Of a stretch of DNA of 64,000 nucleotides, positions 53,765 to 64,000 are shown piece after piece. A program made the translations under genes and the position numbers. Each line of letters begins with the position of its first letter. The first letter of the stretch is position 1. The notes beneath the pieces were generated by a model. That model worked only from the letters and a program-made list of their open reading frames with translations. It had not been told where the DNA came from and did no database searches. Source of the DNA: Flectonema sp. DT1601 (Eukaryota); the NCBI GenBank assembly GCA_964019425.1, contig OZ025800.1, forward strand, positions 682,001 through 746,000, given 5' to 3'.

Positions 53765-55565
53765 TTAGTTTGATGGGCGGATGGATGGAAGACTATTGCT
53801 ACCTTGCTGCTGACTTCTATCAACAGGTCTTTGCTTATTCGGTCCACCTAAAATACGGAGATTCGGCCTTCGTCTTTTATGATCAAGTGGAGGAATTCCT
53901 TTCTGTATATCATCTGGTGAGGAGATCCGATTAAGTCTTTCCTGGTTTCGCACAAGATTGTTACTTCGCTCACTGCTAATGGAGTACGTGTCTCGTATCT
54001 GATGAATCCTTTCTCGCTGCACCGCAACTCTTTGATTCTGTCGCTGTATCTGATGAATGGCACACTTATTATCAGCTGTGAATAACAATTCTGAAACAGC
54101 AACATGTCTGCCGAACGCAATGATGGGGCGATTACATGCCCGCCTCTTCCGAAGGTTGATATTTTGCTCCCGCCTAATATTTTCTCTCGCACTATGCTTA
54201 TTTTCCATTGTCGTCGGAGGTAGCGAGATCACCGCCACATGTTCCATGCCGCTCTTTATAGCAACTTGCATAATTGTATTTATAATTTCATCATCGCTAA
54301 TGAGAGTTTTAAAGAAGTCTTGTAGTTGTGTGAAAGTAAGAGCAACTCCATCTCTTTTTTCAGACACGTCAATGTCGGGTCTTGTCAATATCATCATCAC
54401 TGTTTTCCTTACCGATAACTTACAGGCAAGATGAAGAGCAGTTGAACCGTCTGGCTGTCTCTTGTTAACGTCAATATCTGGGTGCTGCAGTAGTAGATTA
54501 GCAGTATTAGCAGTATTAGTAGTATTAGCAGTATTAGCAATATTAGTAGTATTTGTGTATTTAGAGCAAAGGGAAAGGTGAAGAGCAGTAAAACCATCGG
54601 AGTCGTTTGTATTGATCTGATTTTAATTATTAAAAATTATTTTCCTTTTTTTAATTATATTTGAGATGCTTCATTTTGAACGAACGTAAACTAACTATCA
54701 TACCTGAATATTTCTATGACCCAACAACAGTTTCACTACCTCAACATGGTCACGCTTAGTAGCAACATGTAATGGAGTACAACCAGTGCTATTAACTTGG
54801 TTTACATCTATGTCAGAGTGCGATAGCAGTAGTTTCACTCCCTCGTCGTAACCTGTATGACACAATATCGATAATGAAGACAAACCAGCTGTATTTTTTT
54901 TTTTTTTTTTTTTTTTTGATGAGTAAGACCAAAAGGCTAATTGGAAACACATACAGTCAGTGATTGCATTTACACTTACTCTGCCATCATTTAATAACAG
55001 ATTGATGCATGCATAAGACTTAGAGAGGCAGGCTTTGTATAGTGGAGTTTGTCCAGCTAAATTACGGGAATTTACATCGACTCTTGGATTGCTAAGAATT
55101 GCTCTCAACGCCCTAACGAAACCAACGTGGCAGACCATATTCAGGGAAGTGAGGTTTGGTCTAAGTGGATTTATAACATCAAAACCTGCTTCTATGTACT
55201 CCAAGGCAATCTCATCCTTTGACACGAGTGCTGCTATGAACTTTTCGTTTGAAACGGATCTACGATGAATAATCTGTTTGTTTATTTAAAATATTTTATT
55301 TTTCAATTTAAAGCACTCAACGCTATCATAGATACAGATAGAGAAAGATATATCACACCTCAACAGATGACTCAGCAGTGATGCCGCAATCAAAAAGAAG
55401 ATCCACATCACGGAGAATGTCACCTTCGTATTTTAGTATGAACCGTCCGGTATCCAAGTCCATCTCTTCTGCGATGTAATTTTTAACATCAATCACGCGA
55501 ATTGTAGGAAACACTTCCATGCTAATGCTGGTGTCAGCCTCCGCAAAGATTAATGGAAGAAGCAT
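53765..55565 (-). CDS. Ubiquitin-like domain + ankyrin-repeat protein. Exons 55565-55359, 55273-54955, 54888-54704, 54616-53765
   Basis: Three introns fuse ORFs 55353..55565 (UBL: VIDVKNYIAEEM...LKYEGDIL.D..LL.DCGI), 54698..55225 (GQTPLY, GCTPLH) and 53765..54400. The spliced frame adds the repeats DGFTALH and DGSTALH. Confidence 0.88.
54498..54553 (-). repeat. 9-bp coding minisatellite (AAT ACT GCT)n encoding NTT/NIA/NTA units
   Basis: About six gcagtatta-type units on the + strand. Confidence 0.9.
54617..54703 (-). other. Spliceosomal intron, 87 nt
   Basis: GTATGA...aattaaaatcAG; phase 0 (RNIQ|INTNDSDGFTALH). Confidence 0.88.
54889..54954 (-). other. In-frame (3n, stop-free) intron, 66 nt, long poly-A before the acceptor
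   Basis: GTATGT...poly-A-tacAG; removal restores ankyrin spacing VNAITDSGLSSL. Confidence 0.88.
55274..55358 (-). other. Spliceosomal intron, 85 nt
   Basis: GTGTGA...aaacaaacAG; phase 0. Confidence 0.8.
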
Positions 55566-56021
55566 TTTTCCCCTTCAAATCTAGTTGTAAAAAACAAGAG
55601 TAACTTGTGATTAAATATAAAGCAACTTGAAACTGGCCATCAACAGTTGGTATCGATAAAATCCCACATGTGCCGTCGAATAACAGGAGGGAAAACAGAA
55701 GCTTTCTATGATCTCGCCATCAGAGCTGCATAAGAGAAAAAAAAAAAAAAAAAAAAGATAAATCAAACCTACACAAAAAAGAATCTTCTAATTTCTGTAA
55801 ATAACATTGTAAATGAGTAGATATAAATGGGACAAAAACCTCTCAATCGGAAGAATAAAAAAATGCAACAAAGCTTCAAGTCAGACTACTGAGAGACAAT
55901 GCTGCAGGTCAACCAACGTAGACAGACAATCAGATCTTTTCGAAGTATTTTGTGTAACTCAAAGCAACATAACATAAGGCATCAGTGTCATAACAGTAAT
56001 AAAAGAGGCAACTAAACAGCA

Positions 56022-56987
56022 TCAATATTGATTTCTGCGTGAATTCCGTTTGACGAGAAGAGGAGGCAACGATCCCTTCCTATGATTTGACACCGAAGTG
56101 ACAGTTGCTGAGAGTGGTTTTGTCTCAACTGATGATTGGATCATTTTTTGATGTTGTTTTTTATGTTGAGGATCATTACTTTTTGCTCTTTTTCGAAATG
56201 ATCGAATCGGTCCTAAGTCTGGACCTGTTATGACTGCTTTACCATTCTTGACTTTCATTGAAGCTGACACCCCACAGTGAGAACACTTTACTAACATACA
56301 CGTATCTATACCTGATGCAATAGAAAGAGTTCCTTCATGGGGACAGAATCGTTGAAGGGGATTGCTGTCGCAGTTCGATTTCAATTCAGCTTGAAATAGT
56401 TTTGTGATATCAGAATTAGTAATTAAATTATTATGTTGTTTATTTTCTATCCAATTATCTGATATAATACAACTCCCTGTTGTGTTGTCGAGGAGATCAA
56501 GTTGACGAAGAAGGTCTTCTGTTTCAAGTGTTTCAATCGAATTAGCAGCAGTAATATCATCGCTGTCTTCAGTTAGTTGAGGTATTCTAGTTTGGTGTGA
56601 TGGATCTCTTTGTGGTGTCATTCTCATCAGCTTCAACCTTCCTCTGAAGTCTGTAGATGTTTTGTATTCTCGTACTCCGGTTGCTCTCATATAATGTATT
56701 TTCCAGACTGCTTGACTGTTCCATGTTTCACGAATCTCCTTCGATACTTTTAACATTATACTAAATTCCTTAAAATTTAAATAAGTTGCGATTCCAATTG
56801 CCATTTCTAAATTTGCCATAAGTTGATCTGTCATTCTGAATTCTTCCATCCTTTCGGGTGGTAATTTTAACTTATAAATAGTTGGCTTACGGATACATAG
56901 TGGTATTGCTCTGACTGGCTCTCCATCAATTATGTCGCTGATCCCTTCACTGCAATCGATAGGAGACATTAACGCAATCGTGTACAT
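56022..56987 (-). CDS. F-box-like protein with Cys/His cluster
   Basis: LEMAIGIATYLNFKEFSIMLKVSKEIRETWNSQAVWKIHY resembles an F-box plus its following helix; CPH...CSHC. Confidence 0.6.
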   Translation of the reverse strand: MYTIALMSPIDCSEGISDIIDGEPVRAIPLCIRKPTIYKLKLPPERMEEFRMTDQLMANLEMAIGIATYLNFKEFSIMLKVSKEIRETWNSQAVWKIHYMRATGVREYKTSTDFRGRLKLMRMTPQRDPSHQTRIPQLTEDSDDITAANSIETLETEDLLRQLDLLDNTTGSCIISDNWIENKQHNNLITNSDITKLFQAELKSNCDSNPLQRFCPHEGTLSIASGIDTCMLVKCSHCGVSASMKVKNGKAVITGPDLGPIRSFRKRAKSNDPQHKKQHQKMIQSSVETKPLSATVTSVSNHRKGSLPPLLVKRNSRRNQY

Positions 56988-58418
56988 TATTACCGTCCAA
57001 CCAATCTATTATAATAATACATAATACATGATATTTGATAAAAAAATAAAATTTAAAAGAGGTTTTTGCATTACTGTTCGATATCTCTGTCCTATTAATA
57101 TGAAATAATAATTAATAAATTAGAATCACGTATCTTATAACATGGAACTTGTTCATCCACCTCGATAAGAGGCAGCGCTAAACAGAAAAGTAAAAGGGTG
57201 GTAAAGACACATACACTTTGGGCATTTTTTTTTTTTTTTTTTTCTTTTAATTCTTTTTCTATTGCGGGGAAGGTGGGGGGTGAAAAGAAAATAAGGGGTT
57301 TTTGGGAAAATTTTTTCTTTTTTTTTTTTTGTTAAGGGGGGGGCGTTTTCTAATCATTTTTTTTTATTATTATTTTCAGCTGACACCAAGAATCTACGGG
57401 GACAACAAGATTGTTTTGTCTGTTTTACTTCTCCACATATTTTCAGAGCGCTAAAAGAAAGAGACCGAGGGACGGGAGTACTGGGGGGTCAAGTCTCGTT
57501 ACAAGAGCGCTCCCTATCCAGGACATGTGTTTCTGCTTAACAATCTCATATTTATATCCATAGACAAGTGATAAAAAAAATACTTTAAACGAGTTAAGAT
57601 AAAGAAAACGATTATTTTTTTTTTTTTTTTTATATATAAAAAAAAAAAAAAAAAAAACATAACAGGGGGGTGGGTTCGGGCACAACGAAAACCGGAGGCA
57701 ACAGCAACGTGTTTTCATAGGGAGACAGTCCAGGAGGTGGGCAGAGGTCTATCCGTCTTCTTATTTTGGTACGGCAATTTCTACCGTTTGTGACCATACA
57801 AAGATACCAACATATACACAGTATCGGGTACTTGAGTTTGTTTTTTTTGTACTTTATGTTACTACATTGCTTTAAGATCTCAGAGCTACCAACACAAACT
57901 TTAAAAAAAAAAAAAGGAAAAAAAAGAAAATGAGAAAAATGAAAACAATGATACCATCGGACAAGTGTTAGTATAATATACAAGTGTCTGTTGTGAAGGT
58001 GCCCTGGCACCTCAAAAGCAAAAATGCAGTTTAGCGAAAACAGCAATACAGCTGTTTTTTTTGTTTTTTTTGTCCTTTATTCACCTAATCTAATCCTTTG
58101 CACTACCAGTAATTGTTTTTTGCAATCAGGAAAAAGTCATTTTTGAGCCTAGTCACAAAATCTCTTAGAATAAAGGGAAAAGTGTGAGATAGTCAAAAAT
58201 ATATCTTTTTTTTTTTTTTTTTTTTTCCACGCCCTAAATTTTCTTTTGTACATAATAGAAGACAACACTGCTGCTTTGCGAATGTGAAAAGCAAACGAAA
58301 CGAATTCTGAGTATGGGGGAAATATATTGTCCAGATTTAACAATCAAATGGGAAAAGAAAATCACCTTCTTTAATTCTTGGTCTATAGTTATTGCCTTTT
58401 CTTTTATTTATTATTCTG

Positions 58419-58451
<33 letters not shown>

Positions 58452-58585
58452 CTTTGTTTCGTTCAACAACACTAAGGGGAAAAAACGAGGATTTTCTTTT
58501 CGCTTTTGGAAGGAGGCTACACGCAATATACAGCTATATTTACTTTTTTTTTTTTTTTGCTTCCCCTTCTTCTTTTTTTCTTCTA

Positions 58586-58623
<38 letters not shown>

Positions 58624-58697
58624 CGGTTTCACCCCAAGAAGGGATGCAAGACATATACAGGTCGGGTTGAAGCAAGTCTACACATCAGAGTACGTCA

Positions 58698-59543
58698 TTA
58701 ATGAAGCTTCTTTGGGGAAGGTTCTTCCTGCATGCAGGGGATGACTCCAGCAATTACGAAGATGATAATAAAAATCAAACCAACAACAACACCGACGACG
58801 GTACCGATAACGTCTGCGTCCGATAGATCATCATCACTGACAGGGACAAGTACATTTGGCTCACACCATGGACGGTGGTTTAGCGACCAAGAAGGGAAGA
58901 ATCCTCTATTGCATGAGACAATAACGCATCCATCTCCAACAATAATTGCTTTCTCAGCATTTTCAATAGCACACTCCATGCTGGTAGCAGTAACATCAAC
59001 TTCAATTCTTGAGCCGAGAATATCAGCCAATGCTGGATTCTCTGGAAGCTCAAATCTAGTGATGTATGTACCAAGTCCACTAACTCTATCAACTATGGTT
59101 GCAAATGTAGTGTTAACAACCGTTGTGTAGTACGGGCAGTTCCAACGAACAGCTGAAGCAACAGGAGCTGTGGTTCCGAGATGTTTACGAATGTATTGTG
59201 ACATCCAGTCATTCCAAACATCATTGTTGTATGCGTATTGTGAACACTGTGCCTCAGGGAATTGAATAACCAACGAGATCTCGTGAGTATTAGTAACAGC
59301 ATTTGCTCGTTGACAAGTGTAGGCTGTTTCACCATTGTATGTAGTAGCGGTATTCAAAGTGTTTGGTGTGCATGTACATCTTCCATCGGATCCACACATC
59401 GCTGTAGCGTCACCATTAGCAGCACACTCAACATCACTACTGCACCATCTCATATTATCAACTACTATCTCGTTAACAATGTATGCACACTGTGCTGGTG
59501 CCGACAGCAGCACTGCCGCGGCCGATAACAATACCGCCCTCAT
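58698..59543 (-). CDS. Type I membrane / surface protein with Cys-rich EGF-like module
   Basis: Signal peptide MRAVLLSAAAVLLSAPAQC, CSSDVEC..GD..AMC..DGRCTC, C-terminal TM VIGTVVGVVVGLIFIIIFVIAGVI. Confidence 0.85.
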   Translation of the reverse strand: MRAVLLSAAAVLLSAPAQCAYIVNEIVVDNMRWCSSDVECAANGDATAMCGSDGRCTCTPNTLNTATTYNGETAYTCQRANAVTNTHEISLVIQFPEAQCSQYAYNNDVWNDWMSQYIRKHLGTTAPVASAVRWNCPYYTTVVNTTFATIVDRVSGLGTYITRFELPENPALADILGSRIEVDVTATSMECAIENAEKAIIVGDGCVIVSCNRGFFPSWSLNHRPWCEPNVLVPVSDDDLSDADVIGTVVGVVVGLIFIIIFVIAGVIPCMQEEPSPKKLH

Positions 59544-59834
59544 AGTTGTTTTTAATTACCTGATTGAGTATTAGTACTTTATACAATTAGAGAGACCACA
59601 ATACTTTACTTCAGAACATATCAACTGGAGCCGAATTGCTTATCGCCTGCACAATAATTAAAGAAAATTAAACAACAACAGCCTTCTACTACTTTACTTA
59701 CCTTCTAAAGTGTGTTTTACTAAAGTGAGTATCTCAGACCTGTAAAGGACCAAAAAACTGAAAATTGCCATTAAGTTTCTTCCCATGGTCACGTGACAAG
59801 ATGTTGGTAGGACCTCACTATACCTAAATAGAAA

Positions 59835-60251
59835 CTACATGTACATGGATCTCCTTCCGAATATGGAGACTCGCCCAGGGGAGAATGTCCGCCGCCTAGA
59901 CCGTCGTTGCCTTTTTACAGCTCTTTCCCTTGCGGTTTCAGTGATAGTGTTTCGAGCTTCTTCAGAAGGAAACGTTGCGAGAAGAGATATAAACTCACGA
60001 AAAGTTTGGTATTGCTCAGCTGAGAATACGTATCTAACTTTAGTGGCATTTTCCTCCAAATCGTATGCTTGTTTTATTTGTGTTAATTCGTCCTTCTCAG
60101 ATGCCTGGCTCTTTTTCTTTTCCCTCATACGATATTCCTTCTTCTTGAAAGCTCTCAGATTTGCATAATGAAGAAACAGCTGCTTCTCATGTCGTTCATG
60201 GACTTTTGCTACTTCATTGAGAGCTACCATACCTTGACGGTGTCCCTGCAT
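59835..60251 (-). CDS. Hypothetical basic protein, 138 aa
   Basis: ORF on the coding strand with caaATG context; charged, helical-looking composition. Confidence 0.6.
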   Translation of the reverse strand: MQGHRQGMVALNEVAKVHERHEKQLFLHYANLRAFKKKEYRMREKKKSQASEKDELTQIKQAYDLEENATKVRYVFSAEQYQTFREFISLLATFPSEEARNTITETARERAVKRQRRSRRRTFSPGRVSIFGRRSMYM

Positions 60252-60445
60252 TTGTGTACTGTGAAAGTAATATTTAGAAGCTACATTATGAACAGATGAA
60301 GTAATCTATTTATTCTTTTGCTGAATTAATAAATACAACGCTATTACTAAAAAGACTTTACAAACGAAATAAAAATGAAGTACAAGGAATACATAAGCTG
60401 CTGTAGTAGCAGCAAATATCTCTTTTCAGACATGCGTTGAGAAGG

Positions 60446-60769
60446 TTAGTCTTCAATTGGTAAGAGACACGCGAAATCGTCATCTGAAGCCGGCTCATCT
60501 CTTGACGGGTGTTCCGGAGACTTAACCACCCTCACTTCTTGTTGATGTTGGTGTTGATTTGAATTAGTGACTAGAGTTGACTTTTTGAATTTAATATGTT
60601 GTAGGTTAGAAAAAACTCTGTTCTCTAATTTAATAATCTCAGGGTATGGTATCCAGCTAGGCTCTGCATCGTACTCTGCTAGCTCAGTGTTCCACACCTC
60701 AACCATTTTCTCACACATTGCCTTTTGCTGTCGCAGTCTCAGTTGTCTGTATTCTTCCCTCCAATCCAT
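60446..60769 (-). CDS. Hypothetical protein, 107 aa
   Basis: ORF on the coding strand with aacaacaaaATG context, as in the gene starting at 3843. Confidence 0.6.
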   Translation of the reverse strand: MDWREEYRQLRLRQQKAMCEKMVEVWNTELAEYDAEPSWIPYPEIIKLENRVFSNLQHIKFKKSTLVTNSNQHQHQQEVRVVKSPEHPSRDEPASDDDFACLLPIED

Positions 60770-63700
60770 TTTGTTGTTCTCATCGATTCCCTTTTTTTTT
60801 TAAATATAAAACAAAAAGTCATTAAAAAATATTAAAACGGTTCTTCTCATTAATGACATATTCCAATTGTTTGTTGCAACAACCTGTATGTAAAATTATT
60901 TCGATCAAAGAAAAGTAATTTACAGATGCTCTCATGCATGTGTAGCAGTGCATGCAGTTCGCCATCAAGTCCCTAATAGCCTGGGAGACACAAGTTTTTT
61001 TCCATTTCTCGAAAAAAAAGAACAAAAAGAAAGGGGTGGGTGGTGCATAAAATAAAAAAAACGTGACAGGGAGATGCCAGGATAGATGAACGACAGCGAA
61101 GGGGAACAAAAAAAAAAAAAAAAAAAATCATAAGTAAAAATAACTACGAGTTACTGTAGCGAAATCTATTCAGCATCACTTAATAAGGTAAATTAAACCG
61201 AGACAAGCTCCATATTGCAAGAATCTTGCTCTCGCTGAATTCTTCAACTCACTGGTTTCGCAAGACTACAGAGACTTAATAAACAACAACCTGTTTCGTG
61301 TTCCAAAGCAAACAAGGACTATCACCATTGACAGGGAGGGGTTAATTGTTTGATCATACTTATAATGATATAAATATATGTATTGTATCAAAGTTAACTA
61401 ATATAACAATTAGTATATTATGAGACAGCTGACTAAAGGTAATGTTAGTATAAGTAAACATTGACAGGAGGAGCGGGAGATTGGGGAAAGAGCCTAACGA
61501 AAAATAATGAAAAGAAAAAAAAAAAACCTCATTGCAAGACTTGCCATCGTTTTGTGTGCAAAAGAAATGCAGCCAATCATTCATAATGTCTGCCGAGCAA
61601 AGATTGGATGAAAAAAGTCTCTCGCTACCTGGGCCATAAAGCGTAACAGGGAATGGGGAAAATAAAGAAACTTCCGGTGAGAAAGCCACCGCAACAGCGC
61701 AAGGGAACAAAAAAAGAATGAATTGACAAAGAAAACAAGGTAACCAGAATATTACTTCCTTTTTGGTGCGTCTTTGTGACAGCAATCTCTGGACGCGCAG
61801 GATAAAAAAGCAATTCTGGATACCGGGTGAGAGAAGCCTGTTTAAGGTATCCGAGATATTATTGTTACCTTTCACTGGGATGTAAAAAAACACAGGATCA
61901 CATCAAAGACGGGGCAGATTTTCAAGAACCCCCTGTCTTATCTTATTTAATGTTGTCTATTACATTTTTTTTCTTTTTTCTTTTTTTTCCCTCTTAAAAT
62001 TTTCTTTGCTCTCGTTATCATCAAAAAACAAAAAAACTCGCAATTCAGGAACAGTACACGTCCATAACTGCGGATAGCCACCGTGTTGAAGTAGTAGTAC
62101 TCAAATGGGAAGGCAAATAAAAAAGAAGAAGAAAATGGTATTCGAGACTGGGGTAACTTTGTTATGCGAGCTGCTTGCCTCTTGGCCTAGCACAGCCTCC
62201 TAAACATGGGTGAGTTTTCCAGAAAATATCAGGAAGGCAGGCACCACACCTGCCTCCTGGTCACCGTCAGCGGATTACTTCACCAAAGGAAAGACGCAAA
62301 AGCGATTGAATCAAAGAAAAAGTGGGAAAAAGGAATGAAGAAGTGCATCTGCCTTAAGAATATTCCCCGATATCGAAGCGTCTTAGACGCATGCAAGCAG
62401 AAGCGACCTTAACAATAAGAAAACTAAGCTGGAAAACCTTCTGCATCCTCCAACGGAAGACACTAAAGTTCAACAACAGAGTGGCATGGGCGGGAATGCG
62501 TCTACCGCGGTAAAAGGAAAACTTAAAAAAAGAAGGAAAAAAAAAAGAAAGAAAATATATATCACGGTGAAAAGATAAAATAACACTAGCTCCTTTACTT
62601 TTTTTTTTTCGCTTTTTCGCAAGCCATCAGAAAAAGGGGGAAAAAAAACAAAACTTTTCTTTTTTTTTTCTCTCTTGCAGGTTGAATCAAGAGGCGGGTG
62701 GGGATCGACTTGTTCACCCCTAAAAAACATAACGCAGTCGCACAAAGAGATTAAAAATAAATAACACTACAAGTAATTCTGCTAAGAAAAAATAAACAGG
62801 TTCGTCCGCGTACGACTTCACAATCAATAACAAAGCTACTAAAGTAGATACCAATAGAAATCCTCGACTGTCATGTCTTCGATCGTACATGTAGACGGAA
62901 CACGTGAAGGCCATCGTTTTGTTTAATTAGAAATTGGGGAGCGTGGGGGAAAAAAAAAAATCTTTTTTTTTTTTTTTTTTTTGCCTGACGGTAATTGGTC
63001 GCCAAAAAAAAAAAAAAAATAACCCCCCGGCCGAAAGTAAAAATAAATAAATAAATAAAAATAAAGAAAAGACAAATCCCTGCAGCATCAGAGCCAATTA
63101 ACTATTCCTTCCCAGAGTAATTTCACTCAAGGAGGAAGCGTTGTTGAAAAGCTTAACACAGAATCCATTCATATCCGTCTCAGCATACTTCAACACAATG
63201 TCTCACTGCAACAACTATGTTAATTTGAGGTAGAGAATTCAGCACTAAGCCAGTTCGGCTGCATACGATCACACGAGACATGTATGCTACCTAACTTCAC
63301 TTTTTTGGAGACAAAAACAGCAGGAAAACGGTTTTGTCTTCCAACTACTTTTATCGTTCAAAACGCTTTTTTCTCAAAATAAAAAAAAAAAAATAATAAT
63401 AATAAAAAAAGAAAACAAAAAAGACGGCGAAAATATCAATACAAGGATCGAACTTTGCACCAATTTTTTCCGAAGAAAAAAGTAAGAAAATTTACCGACG
63501 GGTTTTTTTTTTTTTTTTTTTTTTTTAAAAGAGGTGGGGGCAGAGGAAGGAAAAAGTAACCGAATGACATAAAACCTAATCAAAGGACACAAATCATGTT
63601 GATCGGCACAAGCTGCAATTCACAGTAATCATAGCATACCAGTATATAAATGACTACTGGTGTACCTGTTGCTCGCACAACAAAGAAAAGACAAAGTATT

Positions 63701-64000
63701 ATGTTAGACTTTCTCTTTAATAAATTGAATGCCGGAAACAGAACTCAAATCACATTCCCATAGAACTGATGATGTGATTCCAGACACACTTTGGACTGAG
63801 TACTATCGACGTAATATGTTTTATTGGTTGCGACTTTCGACAGGTACGATTCTCGGGTGTAGTCAAGAATGCCTGCCCTCATAGTTAAGTAGAAAAAGTA
63901 TCTGCATTTTTAAACAGCGCCACGGTACCTTCAAGGCTTCCGAAAGCACTACACCGATCTGTTTGATTTTTTTTTTGGTGTCGTGAGCTCAACTATTGAT

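Noticed and set aside
57443..58744. Several 60-140 aa ORFs on both strands
   Set aside because: Homopolymer-driven Phe/Lys runs in UTR or intergenic DNA
60822..63592. Phe-rich minus-strand ORFs, including the 177-aa 61360..61893
   Set aside because: Several start at non-ATG codons, all have low-complexity U-rich composition, and none shows a motif
1..64000. Non-standard genetic code or non-canonical introns
   Set aside because: Long ORFs are open in the standard code, all three stop codons are used, and every ORF break I resolved is explained by a GT-AG intron
1..64000. CRISPR array, rRNA, SL RNA gene, telomeric repeat or intact transposon
   Set aside because: No regularly spaced repeat-spacer array, no recognisable rRNA or SL sequence, and no RT/transposase/integrase motifs seen by eye

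Overview
This is AT-rich eukaryotic nuclear DNA, not a prokaryotic window. About 26 credible protein-coding genes are present and all lie on the minus strand, head to tail, some only ~100-220 nt apart. I could place 13 short (51-87 nt) GT-AG introns by eye, and splicing them joins split ORFs and restores family motifs. The one-strand layout, U-rich tract + AG sites just ahead of start codons, GTATG donors, KGG-rich tail and degenerate receptor-type cyclase suggest a euglenozoan, most like a diplonemid. That taxon call is inference only. Recognisable products: PA200/Blm10-like proteasome activator, DHHC palmitoyltransferase, receptor cyclase-like protein with a His/Glu repeat insert, NT5C3-type 5'-nucleotidase, FAM98, RasGAP-like protein, two F-box-like proteins, Ser/Thr kinase, cytochrome P450, multi-IQ protein, SAM+DEAD-box helicase, LEA_2 protein, MLO, NIF/SCP phosphatase, Fringe/DUF604 glycosyltransferase, ubiquitin-like+ankyrin protein and a Cys-rich surface protein. 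The most interesting signal is a split splice-acceptor grammar. Cis-intron acceptors follow A/C-rich or poly-A tracts, whereas gene-start (putative trans-splice) acceptors follow U-rich tracts. I found no rRNA, tRNA, CRISPR array or intact transposon.
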